NCBI RefSeq assembly: GCF_964204645.1
Contig: NC_134036.1
Location: 3,472,001-3,536,000 of the forward strand
DNA from: Tubulanus polymorphus
Lineage: Eukaryota; Animalia; Nemertea
Length of the DNA: 64,000 nucleotides
Direction: 5' to 3'
This document shows positions 25,601 to 37,600 of the stretch, piece after piece; within the stretch, counting starts at the first letter, position 1, and every line of letters begins with the position of its first letter. The notes under the pieces were generated by a model that was not told where the DNA came from, searched no databases, and saw nothing but the letters and a program-made list of their open reading frames with translations. The position numbers and the translations under genes were made by a program.

Positions 25601-28600
25601 CTAAAAATGTCAAGCTGCCCTGAAACTTTACGGGGAAATGACCGATATCAAACTGATACCTAATAAAAGGTACCTAGAAGTTTAAATTCATTTAAGCTTG
25701 TCCTCTGTGTTCTTTCAAAAATCGAGTAAACATTTTCCGATCAGCTTTCTTTCAGAGTGCCCTTGTAATTTCATAATATGCCCCTATTTTGTGGGAGGTG
25801 CACCGCTCCCTAAACCAGACCCCTGTTGGACTGCAGTGATTCTAGGGATTAAAAGCGCAACTTTTGTTGCACCATTTTTCAAATTTCAATCTCAGCAACC
25901 GTAATTATAATCCACACCACAACTCACTCGTAATATCAGACTGACTCCCTCCCGTTGAGCTAATACCCAACCCCGGTTTCTGGACTTGTGCATCGAGTTC
26001 ACATTTCTAATTTTCTCCGAATGCAAACACAACGGTTCGGCTAGCTAGACATCGCGACTACGTTCGCTCTGCTCGCCGGCTCCGCAGAGAAATCGCTCCT
26101 CTACTCCGAGATGGAGCGAGTACGTAGACGATGGTGTCCGCTCCGAGTAAAATATCTAAACGGAAGATTACCGCTGATTACCGGAGGAGCTGGCTATAGT
26201 TTTAAACCGGTGTGTGTAATTCATCGCCGCTTCACTCCGCGCTAGCCGCAGACAAAGTGATTCATTTGTAACGAATCAAGAGTTTCACGTTTACAACACA
26301 CACACCTTCTCGTACTGGCAGAGTTCTTAATACGGGTGGCGTAGCCTACAGTCCGGGCCCCCGAGCATGGAACCAACCTACTGTGCCCTACTAATCAGGG
26401 CCAAGTTATACAAAGTCACGAATTAAGATCAAAAGAAATCTGCATATCAGTGCTTCGTCGTTAGATCAGCTCTAAAACATAGATGGTCTTAGACTGGTCT
26501 TAAATCTAAGCCGTGGCTGGGGAAACTAGCTCAGGTCCCCGGTAATGACTGATTTCACAAGTGGTCCTAAATTGTATGACAGGTCTTAACTTGTTAGATT
26601 GTCCCGAGGACTAAGATGGGGCTTTAGATGGTCTCAGACTGGTCTTTTATCTAAACCATGGCCGTAGTCCGTGGTTTCTTTTTCTAGGAACTATCTACTG
26701 AAGTATGACTACGTTGAGACAAGGCCACATCGATGTCATTCAGATCGTAGCCTGCGTAGTCTACGAAAGGCTGCAATCCGTAGTAATCGGCCAATGAAAG
26801 GCCGGAATTTGAACGGATCAACCTATCAGTGGCCACGATTTGTAGGGATTAACCAATGAATGGCCCCGGATCCGTCGGGATCAAAGCGACGTGGAAGAAG
26901 TTCGCGTCTCGTACAGGTTCAACATTAAATCATTTAAACAGCGCAACATGAACTGAGTACTATAATCCCGACAGTGCCAGTCGACATAGCGAACCAGATT
27001 TCAACTAAACGAGCGCGACTTAAATCCAGTCGGACATCTTTCGAAACCCTACACGGCTAAAAAGTACGCGCGTAAATGCTGCCCGGATTAACCGGGATTT
27101 CCGGAGATTTGTTGCCGAGCAACGTTAAGCACTTACCGCGACGTAGAGGCAAACGCGGATTAGAGTCGAAGTTTAACTGGGGGAATAAGTCACTTCAAAA
27201 ACTGTACGCTCGCTCGAAGTGGTCGCGGGAAGGTGAGGGAAAGGTGAATTAAGGTTATGGGGAAAACTGCAACATTGGCTTTAGAAAGCATCAACGGTGG
27301 CCATTTATGTTTGCCAAAATAAGCACTTTTTCATTTCTTTTAGGTTTTAATACATCATTTATCAAAATGCTAAAATCCATTGCCTTGATATTGGTAGTAT
27401 AATTGGTAGTATAACCATAAACTCACACCTGTTGTCCAAAAAATCGGCTCGATCAGAATTAAGATGGCTGACTGGTGGCCATTTTTGTTTGCCGAAATAC
27501 TAGCCAGCCACAAGTTTAGTCTTTGATAGCGCGCAGTAGGATTGAAGGTTCCAAATTCATGAACATACGTTTCATACTAATGGCATAAGAATGAATCGAA
27601 GCGTGGAAAACCGCGGAAACAGATGGCGCCACCTGGTGAAAAATCCTCGATAGCCATGAGCGGAATCCTTGATTGCCGCACAGTAGGATTGAACGTTCCA
27701 AATTCATAAACATTTATAACCTAATTTAGAAGAAGTCGAAGGAAGACCAGGAAACTAGTAGCGCCACCTGGTGAATCGACGACAGCAGCACAAGTGGGAT
27801 CCCCGATTACCCATTGCGGCAGCCGGTTCCGAGAAGTACAAAAACCAGATTTATTAATATTAAACACCGTGTATAAACTATCGTACAGCTGTGACTAACG
27901 ACTCTGATCACACACACCTGCGAACCAGGCCTCGCCGAGCCGCACTGAACGCATCGACGCCAGTTGATACAGCTGGCTCTTTACCCACAGGTATCGCGAC
28001 AGATGCATTAGAGAAAAAAAACGATGGGAGATATCGAGAACTGCTGCTGCTGCTGCTGCTGCTGCTGCGGGAAAGACAACATCATCATCATCATCCTTGC
28101 AGTCCTCTCGCCGACGACGACGAGGACGATACCGTGTGTGTTATCGCTGCAAAACACTACGCAGCTGCTCCGGTTACCATGGTAACACAGCAGATGTTTG
28201 CCCTCATTCCGCGGCGGTGGTGGAGGCATGATTTAATCTGTGAAGAAACGTTTCAACCATCGACACCGACACTGCCTGCTACCACTCAATACTAAAACTC
28301 TTATTAGTAGATCAGCGCTGCAAGTCCGGTCACTTGTTGGATATCTCCTTCAAGCTTTTATAGCCCGGTCCATGTCGCGGTTCCTAAGGATCAAGCTACC
28401 TAAAATTCTCCAGACCCTCGACCAATTTTCCCTGACTATATCAGAAGATATCCGCAATGAAGGCCGTTTTTTATCAAGAGGTTACTCGCGCCACCCTCGT
28501 CAGCATGAACTACTCGACATAAAAAAAACCTAAATTCCCTAATTTCCCCTCGCGAAAAATGAATCAGGAATCTTCAACTAAATTTCACTGGTCTGTAACC

Positions 28601-31600
28601 ACACGGATATCGAAAAGACATTTCGATCGGTTTCAAAATATCACTTAAAGATTCTACTCATTGAGTAAACAGTGAAAAGCCGGTCGTCTTGAGATGTTAG
28701 TAACCCAGGAATCTATCATTCGTCCCACGCAATCTCGACCAGACCGATGATCGCCCTCACACGCGCCGGAGGGGATCAGCTCGGACGGTTCCGAGATAAC
28801 ACACACACGCGCGCACCGAGAATGAAAGGGGTCAATTCTAGTCGCGGTGGTCGATGACGAAGCCTCGAGGCTCGCTACACAATGTGACAAGATCACACAC
28901 ACACTCACGCTCAAAAGCTAGCGATTAATTACCGACACCTACGAACCCTTCTTAATTCGACTATTAATTACCGGGCAGTACGACGACCGCAGCGACGACG
29001 GGTTGGTACGAGCGGGGAATACGCGAGCCGTTAGATAACGACGCCGGTATCTTTTATCAAACATACCAGCCGCGAGGCGCCCCCGTGCCTCGATTTCACC
29101 GAGATCAATGTTCCATTAACGTCTTCGCCCGACCTTATCAACATCTTACGACGATCACGTTTTAACAATTTCGATTTGAGTTGCGTAACGACGAATCAGA
29201 GTATCTCTTTACTATAGACACACGTGTGAGAATTGATCGTCGCATCCATTATTCATTAAAATCGATGTTAAAAATATCGAATGCGAAGTAACAACTTGAT
29301 GAAACTATGAGATTACGGCAGATATCGCTGGCTGGCACTGTTTAGTGGTAGTGCCTCCTTATGCTTACTACTGGTACCCGCATCAGGGGCGGATCTGGAG
29401 GCACTTAAGAGACTTTTGCGAGTCCATCTAATTTTTGAGTGCCCTTGGTTCTTCATATTTTCAACAAAGATAACATATGCATTTCAGTGCGCCAGAGTAC
29501 GCTGAATATCGCCTTTTTTTTACATCAAAGTGCTTTGGAAAGATTTGAACGAGTCCTTCGAAATTGGCCTCTGGATCCCGTCCCTGCACATTTTACTTAT
29601 TTGTTATCGTGTAAACTGCTGTTATTGGATCTTGTAACCACGATTGCTCATTCGCGCTCGACTAGTAGTCACTGGTGGTACCGTTAAGTACTCAGCAGTA
29701 ACTACTCATAAGTATTGGTAGTACTCCTCACTAGTACCGTTAGGTAACCCCTGCTACTCAAGGGTAAATTGTGGTAATCAATGGCACTCATTGGAACTGG
29801 TTTCCCGATACCATTGTTAACCCACTAAGGTCCTCCTGCAGGGTGCCTACAGATCAGTCATTCCTTAGGAGTTTTCAAAGGAGAAAATTGCAAATTTCTA
29901 GGAAGCGTCCGCATTCATATCCCTATGACAGTAGACTCCTCCTAAATCGGTACTGTTCATCTCAGTTAACCGTTAATCGGTTTTCTGATAACATTTCGTA
30001 ACCGTTAATCTACTGGTGGTACTGTTGAGTAACCCATGTTAGACTCACTGGTACTCATTGGAAGCCGGTGATAATCGGGTGTTTACGTAATTAACTTCAC
30101 CTCGAAACCGATCGCCAGAATGTTGTCTCCGGCGTCGTCGTGTTGACTATTAGACGGACGATGAGTTGACAGAACGAGACGTCGTCGACGTCGACGACGA
30201 GCGTGCCGAGATAATTTCCCCCTCATCCAGTAATTCGATAAGTGCCGCAATTTCCGTATAAATCGTCATCCATCCGCCGTCCGTCCGTTCACACGTCGCC
30301 GTTGTCGACGACGGCCGCGCGCGATGACAGACGCGCATTGTTGAGCTGTCCGCTGCTATCGCCGTGACGACGAATTCTCCGCGTCTAACGCGATTGGCTC
30401 AATATCGCGCGCGCCGACGTTTTTCGCGGCCGATTCGCGATTTAAGTTTTTCGTCCGCGGTCAGTTCAGCGACGAACTGAGAAAACGAACTTTCTCGCTG
30501 ATCAAGTCAATTACGTTTAAGAATTGCTTCGGGATGTTCTGAGTTCATCACGTACTCGACAAAACATCTAACGAACACTTAAATATATTATAGAAATATC
30601 GCTCATTCTGAGAAGGATTGATGGACTAAGTGGCGTCTCTTGCAGGGATTTGAAGCTGATGACATCGTGAGACTCTGCCACGTTCCTCCCTCGCAGGAAT
30701 TGTACCTGATGGCATCGCCAGACTCTGCCATGTTCCTCCATCGCAGGAATTGTACCTGATGGCATCGTGAGACTCTGCCATGTTCCTCCCTCGCAGGAAT
30801 TGAACTTGATGGCATCGCCAGACTCTGCCATGTTCCTCCATCGCAGGAATTGTACCTGATGGCATCGTGAGACTCTGCCATGTTCCTCCATCGCAGGAAT
30901 TTTACCTGATGGCATCATGAGACTCTGCCATGTTCCTCCATCGCAGGAATTGTACCTGATGACATCGCAAGACTCTGCCACCTTCTTCTTTCACAGGGAT
31001 TCGTACCTGATGGCACCGAGAGACTCTGCAATGGTACCTATCCCTACACTAGCATTGTAATGCATAGTGGACGAGCCCCTGCTTTCGGGAATGACCAAAC
31101 TAGGGTTCCGGCTTCAGATTTAGCGCATATTCTTCAAATCAGGTTTTGTCTATAGCTGCCGGGCGCGTATACATACAGAAAATACCATCCTTGCATTACG
31201 CGTATTTCATAAACGAAATGTACCATTAAAAACCAGAAAATACCGACGGAAAAACAGAAATAAGTCATATAAGTCATCATACGTCTATTGATGCATTATA
31301 GAAGAAGAAATTGCCATCATCATCGTCGCCATCATCGTTCTCATCATCGAAAACGATTTCGTCGAGAAGTTCGCGTTCACAGGTAAGCTTCTTATAACCC
31401 TCATATACACTCATATCCAAAAAACTGTCGTAAGCCGCTTACTCATAATACAGGGTGATCCAAAAGCAATCAACTGCCAATTAACCGACAATCCGATTGG
31501 TTCCCGAGCGACGACGAGCGCGCAAAACTCATCTCTATCTCACCTCGACGATTCTTAACTACTTCGTTTATTTCTTTCTCTTCGCCAACTCGCGCACGGT

Positions 31601-34600
31601 GGTCATTCCTCCCCAACTGTTCCCCGACTGAACGCAGTTTTCCCTGCCTCGATCTGCTAAGAATCCGATCAATTCACCGTCAAGACTTAAAAACTGCTCG
31701 ATCATACAATAATGGAAACAAATAAAAAAAGTTTTTCCGATTTTTCGTGAAATTCATCAGATTTCCATCGAACGTACATCACTTCCGCTCGCTCCAAAAC
31801 GGAGTCAAATCTGTCGAGTTAGAAAGATGCTTCGGTGAAAATTGAATCACCAGCGTCGCAGAGGATGACACAAACCCAAGTCGAGACACAACGCGATCAG
31901 ATATTATTACTCACTCATAACAAACGATACTTCATCGACATCGACATCGTCATCGGTCGAACGACGCGAAATATATTTTCATCGTCGTTTTATCGCGATA
32001 TCTCTTTCTAACAATACCGCCGAGACCGATACTAGGGACTACATCGTAAAAATCGACGCGGGGACGACCGGTTCCAGTCGCCGTCCGACCGGCCGTCGTA
32101 CCCGTTTCTAGTCGGATAATGGTCGTTATGAGACGACGAATAACCGATTCGACCGGTCCCCGGAGAGGAATTCGGCGAGACGTCGTGATTTCGAGGCTCG
32201 CGCGCGCTCGCGTTATGTAACGATCCGTTCCGATTATAGATTACGACAGCGATCTTTAAGGCTCGTAAAATCTCACGCAAAACGCGAATGATCCCGTCAT
32301 TGTTGAGACAAGTTGCACAATCGAAGATAAGAAATAAGACCGGTATCTAAGCCCGGATTTGATTCTTAAGCTATCTAACGTCATGATTCAAGGGAGAGGG
32401 GTAAAAGAGGGCCTGGTGTCAGCGTGGTTTTTAAAAGGCTTCTCTTACCAGATATCTTCAATTCAAGGTTAATATAGGGTTTGGTCCTTGATTGATTAGC
32501 CGCGATCGCGCTAGCACTTTTGCCCCGTGCCAAAAATGGCCCGAAACAACTGTTCACGCGGGAACAAAGAGCAATTGGCCCGACCAAAAACGTCGGACCA
32601 GGCCCGAGACAAATTATCGCGTGTGAATTGCAACTGGTTCGGGAAGTGACTTACTTAGCTTTGTTTAAGCATTGTTTAGTATCAAGTGAGTGGTTAACGT
32701 TTGAACGCGCTGTCAAAATTAGGCAGGGCCAATTTTACTTGGGCTTGATCAGTGCCAATTCGGTCAAGGCAAAATAGTCTCCATGTGATCGCGGCTATAG
32801 TGAAGGAATCCGCTAATAATGCCCGCAGTGGCGCTCAAAGCGAGAAAAGATTTTCACCATTTTCAATTAATCTCAAACCGATTGAAAGTGATGAAAGCGA
32901 TGAATCGTCATACCCCAGTTGAGACGAGGCATCACTCGCGATCGCGTCTTATGAAATTATACGACCGTTTCGCGTAAGACACCGGGCGATAAAACATCCG
33001 TTGTCGCAGATGTCCTGCGGCCCCGGTTTACAGCTCGGTAATCACCTAAAATACAAACTCGCTACTTGCCACGGCGATCGTAAAAACGCAAACGCGCTAC
33101 TTGCCGCGTCGTAAAGCGACGAAATAAAAGTTAACGACCGATCGCGCTCGCCGCGTAACGTCGCGCTCGGGCGTCTTCCCCTCGCTCGGAGGACTGGCGG
33201 TGTTACGGGTATCTCCTCGTTCGGTGTTTAATATCTAACACGCCGGCGCGATAAACCGCGCCGCGCGGAGTGTATCGGTATGCGTAACGGGTACACGGCA
33301 AACTGAGATGCAGAGGATGCGCTTCATTTGACGCAAAATGAAGAATTAGAAAATAAACAGATCAGGGTGGCGCCACTTTCCGCCCAATTACAAATGCCCG
33401 GAGTCTTTCCTGATTTGTCCATGCTTTTACGCAATTAACCCTCTGGTTTAAAATGTTACAATTTATTTATTCATTTTTCATCGAGTTAGCATTATCTAAA
33501 CAACCTAAGTTTTCCAGGTCTTTGGTGAAATTCCTGGGTTTTCTAGGTTTTTCTGTTTACCCGAGTTTTTCAGGTTTTCCAGGTATCGGCAGCCATCCTG
33601 AATATTGAAATGTCTAATATCTGGTGTTTGTAGTCCATTTTCAATTAAACATGTCTCAGGTGAAACTCTGAACACATGTGAAGTGTGGACGATCAGTTTT
33701 TGAAAGCGCGCTGATCAAACGTCTAGTGTCTGGTATATGTGGTTCGTATAAAATGTCAGGTGAAGACTCAACGATCAAAAAAAAGAAGTTGGTAAGAATG
33801 GCGATCAAGTATTGAATGTCAGAAGGACAGCAGCAGCAGCGGCAGGATTGTGATCCCGGTCGTCGGTATAAAGAAGCCGTACCTCGCTCGCTCGCACGAG
33901 GAGAAGGTATTTAGTCGAACGCAGCCTGTAGTCACTCGGTTCAGCTCCCCCAGTGATAACACGTCAACTACAGATGACGAAGAATTATCGATCAGGTCGA
34001 CAGCGAGCGAGCGAGCGCTGAGAGAGAGAGAGACCCACTGAGACTCTAAACGACTAATTTCTATAGCAATTATCAGACGCTTTATAATAGCAAATAGCCA
34101 TTTACGGAACGCCGCGTCGCAATCGTGTAATACTGTATAACACACCGGTCTCTCTCTATCTATATCTCTTCTGAAGCTGCGGCCGTTTTGATAAAGGTGT
34201 GCCGTATCTCCGTTGGAGGAGAGAATATCAATTTAGTTCGCGAGACGACGACGACGACGCCGAGATATCATATTAAACGTTTACTATCTCGAGTTCGCCG
34301 TGATTGAGTTTTTATCAAGAGAGTGACGCGGTGGAAATTTATTTCAGCGGTCCGCGCCGACGTTTAAGTGGCTACGTTTTTAACGGAAGTTTTTTTTTCA
34401 GGGCGGTCACTTTTATTTGACCCACTTCCGCCCCCCCCCCCCCGACTATTCCCCGACATGCACACGTTGTTTTCCCTGACTTCTGACTGCTAAGAATCCG
34501 ATCAATTAACGCAGTGAAATACTTAAGACGCTGAAACTGTTTGATTTTATGCACAATCTAGCAATATCAACACATTTCCCTATGACTTATTTTTGGCATT

Positions 34601-37600
34601 ATTTCAAAGAAAAATCCCTGAAATTCCCCAACTTTTTTAAAGAATAGAGTATTCCCCGACTTTCCCGTGATCTTCATTTAAGTGACCACCCTGTATTGGG
34701 AAGATATTTCTTTAAGCCGCACAATCGAGAACATAGTTTTGGCAGGTCCATTTCATAGGAACTGGACACTTCAATTTTCTTTAGGTCGGAGGTCTCTTTC
34801 CCTCATAAGTGGGAACTGTTGAATAAGATGAAATTGTCACTGCCACCAGGATTTGACCTTTTAGTTGAAATATCTTTGAATTAACAACATCGCCCATTGT
34901 CGCATTCCTAGACAACGGATTTCATCGAAGAAAAAAAAAAAAACAACATCGCGCCTTCGGAGAAAATTCGTAAAACGAACTGCCGATAATTACGGGGTTT
35001 TGACGAGTGAACGGTCTATCAACAATTATCGCCGTATCCGATTTCGGTCGACAAAGAATTCATCGGCGATTTACTCAAAACTCGTTATTATCATTCCATT
35101 AGCGGTGTCTCCTCCCTAACGACCTTACCATCTCCTATTTCAGTCGTCCCCGGCCGATCGTCACCTAGATCGCCTTCTACAGATCAGTCATTCATATCTG
35201 ATACGAGGAGTTGTCAAAAAGTTTTAAAGGAGAAATTTCAAGCTTCGAGGAAATGTCTGCATCACTTTTATATCCCAACTACAATAGGCTCCTAAATCGG
35301 TACTGTTTATATCGGTAAACTATTTATTGTTTTTAAGCAGATATTGATCTTTAACACTACCTAAACTCAATTGCTAATTCAGTAACCGCCTAATCGGGCA
35401 AAAACAAATCCTGGTCCCAACTGTTAGGCAATATAGGTGTAGTCTGATGAACAACTTCAGTATCTAATTGCCTATTTCTCAAAATCGAAGGAGTTCTTTT
35501 GAAGAAGTTTCCGACATTTTGTTCGAATCGAAGGAGTTTCTACGGAATCAAGGAGACGTAGGGACCTTACCCATCTCCTCTACTCTCCATTACGCTGTCT
35601 CTGATCTTAGTTTATACGTTGCCACGCCGTCCTTAGCCGTTGGAAATCCTTCCAAGCGCCACGACGACGACGACGACGACCCGCGATAGTACAATAAGTT
35701 GTTTAAGTACGAAAAGAAAATGAGCCACTCGAAATATTTCCGAGAATTGAAATTCGTCGTCGTCGACGTTAAGCATTTCGAATGGCTACCCACCCGAATC
35801 GCCACAGGTACGCGTTTCAAGAGGCCTTTTCTTCGGCTAAAACGCTTTATCTATACATTAATGAATAATACTAGTATTATCAATTACGAATTAATCTTCG
35901 AGACGAGAATGAAGTTTTTCAATTTTGAAGGCGAGAAAATCTTCAACGGTCGAACGAATTTCGGACAATCGCTCCGTGAACTACACAACTTCAAACCGGA
36001 TCAACCGCAATAATTAGTGAAATACTTTTCACGAGCGTTTATCTGAACTCGTAATTATATTGATTTCAGGTCGGGACAAGTTTTCACGCGCCGATTAAGG
36101 AATACACTACTGATGCTCCAAAATATCGGACTCGAGCGGAGTCTACTACTGCAGCATCCAACTAAGATATCGCTTTCAAATCAGAAGATCTGACTCGAGC
36201 GGAGGTCTCTGTCCCATACAACTCAGATATCACTCTCAGGTCAAAAGATCCGACTTGAGCGGTATCATCCAACTCTGATATCGCTCTCAAGTAAAAAGAT
36301 CAGACTTGACCGGAGTCTACTGCATCATCCTACTCCGAAGCACATGACCCAAAAACCTCCATATACCATGAATCATCAAATAGTTCATCGATTCGGGCGT
36401 TTTCATGGATAATAACAACTTTTTTCAAATCTGCCGGCGAAAAACTGAATACACTTCCTTGTATAGCAGAGGTTTTTTTTTTCGAGAATGACTAATCAAA
36501 ATGGCCGAGACGTATACCGGGTGTTATACGTACGTGTGTATGTGTGTATGTACGGGGTACATACGAGTACGAAACATACTCAGCATCAGTCAAAACAGCG
36601 GCGCGCGCGCGCTAGAGATCAAACAATACCCGTCCTCCGATGACTACCCGCACTATTGAGAGGACTCGTCGGCGATGATGGGGATATGAATGGGCCTGAC
36701 CCGGTTTCTGCGGGCTGCACGCGTACACGTGCTCGATTGAATAGAGAGAATGAGAGAGACAGAGACGACGGAGAGACTCTGAATACAATACAATACAAAC
36801 CCGCGTACAGGAGACCCGAGAGAAACCGAGCGCGCCCCGTAAACAATACAATTAACCGTGCTCTCGTGCATGCCCTATACGCCGACGTTTATATATATAT
36901 GTGTACATACAACACTTCATCAGAAATGACTTCATCGTTCGAATACAGTCGTCTGAAATGAAGACGTCACTTCTATGCCTGAGATACGGCAGAACTCGCC
37001 CGGATTCTTTCGAGAATTAAGTAAAATCGGGAATTGTGAATGATAGCTTGTACACGGTTCCAGGTTAAACGGACCGAATATTTCATCCGAAATTGAGTGA
37101 AAATCCGGATTTTAAAATTCGAATTAAGCGTTTTCCGTAGGGCGCATGAAACTCTGAAAACCTCAATAGTACTTAGGTTTTCGTCGTGGCCACTTTTTGG
37201 AATCGGAAATTTTACCAGGTATACCCTCATGCATGCGCAAACCTTGTCATCAACGCCTATCTAGAGGAAAACGCACGGCTTCCGCTCTCTAGGGGCCTTG
37301 AAAAATAAGCTACCTTTCCCGAGTAGGTTTTTGAATTGAACTTTCAAATTACTTAGTCGCACCCGATACGGGGTAAAAAGCGTACAAGTCTTCCTGGTTG
37401 AATGAAATGTCTGTCGCGTGAGCGCTCAGACTCTCAGAATTACGCAATAAACCTTATAGAACCTTATCGAGATTGGACCAGGATGTACTCGGCGAGTTCC
37501 AGGAAGTTTTCTCCGATCGGTATCGCTGATACCATGTTCGACGATGAAGAAGTCGTCTGACGAGACGAGAACAATAACCGGCTAGAAACTCGAACGATTA

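Noticed and set aside
27137-27176. 40-nt phase 0-1 exon candidate (LNFDSNPRLPLRR) with AG/GTAAGT
   Set aside because: The homologous GKNGPT exon at 38392-38455 already supplies this phase change, so adding this one would frameshift. It has no homology, and nothing supports mutually exclusive use.
27891-28295. 134-aa ORF with poly-Leu, poly-His and poly-Asp runs
   Set aside because: The runs come from CTG, CAT and GAC microsatellites; non-ATG start; antisense within an intron.
30568-30981. Three overlapping repetitive ORFs
   Set aside because: Artefacts of the 50-bp tandem array.
318-31075. Regularly spaced repeats (56-, 49-, 60- and 50-bp arrays) as CRISPR arrays
   Set aside because: The units are contiguous tandem copies with no unique spacers, there are no cas genes, and the context is eukaryotic intron.
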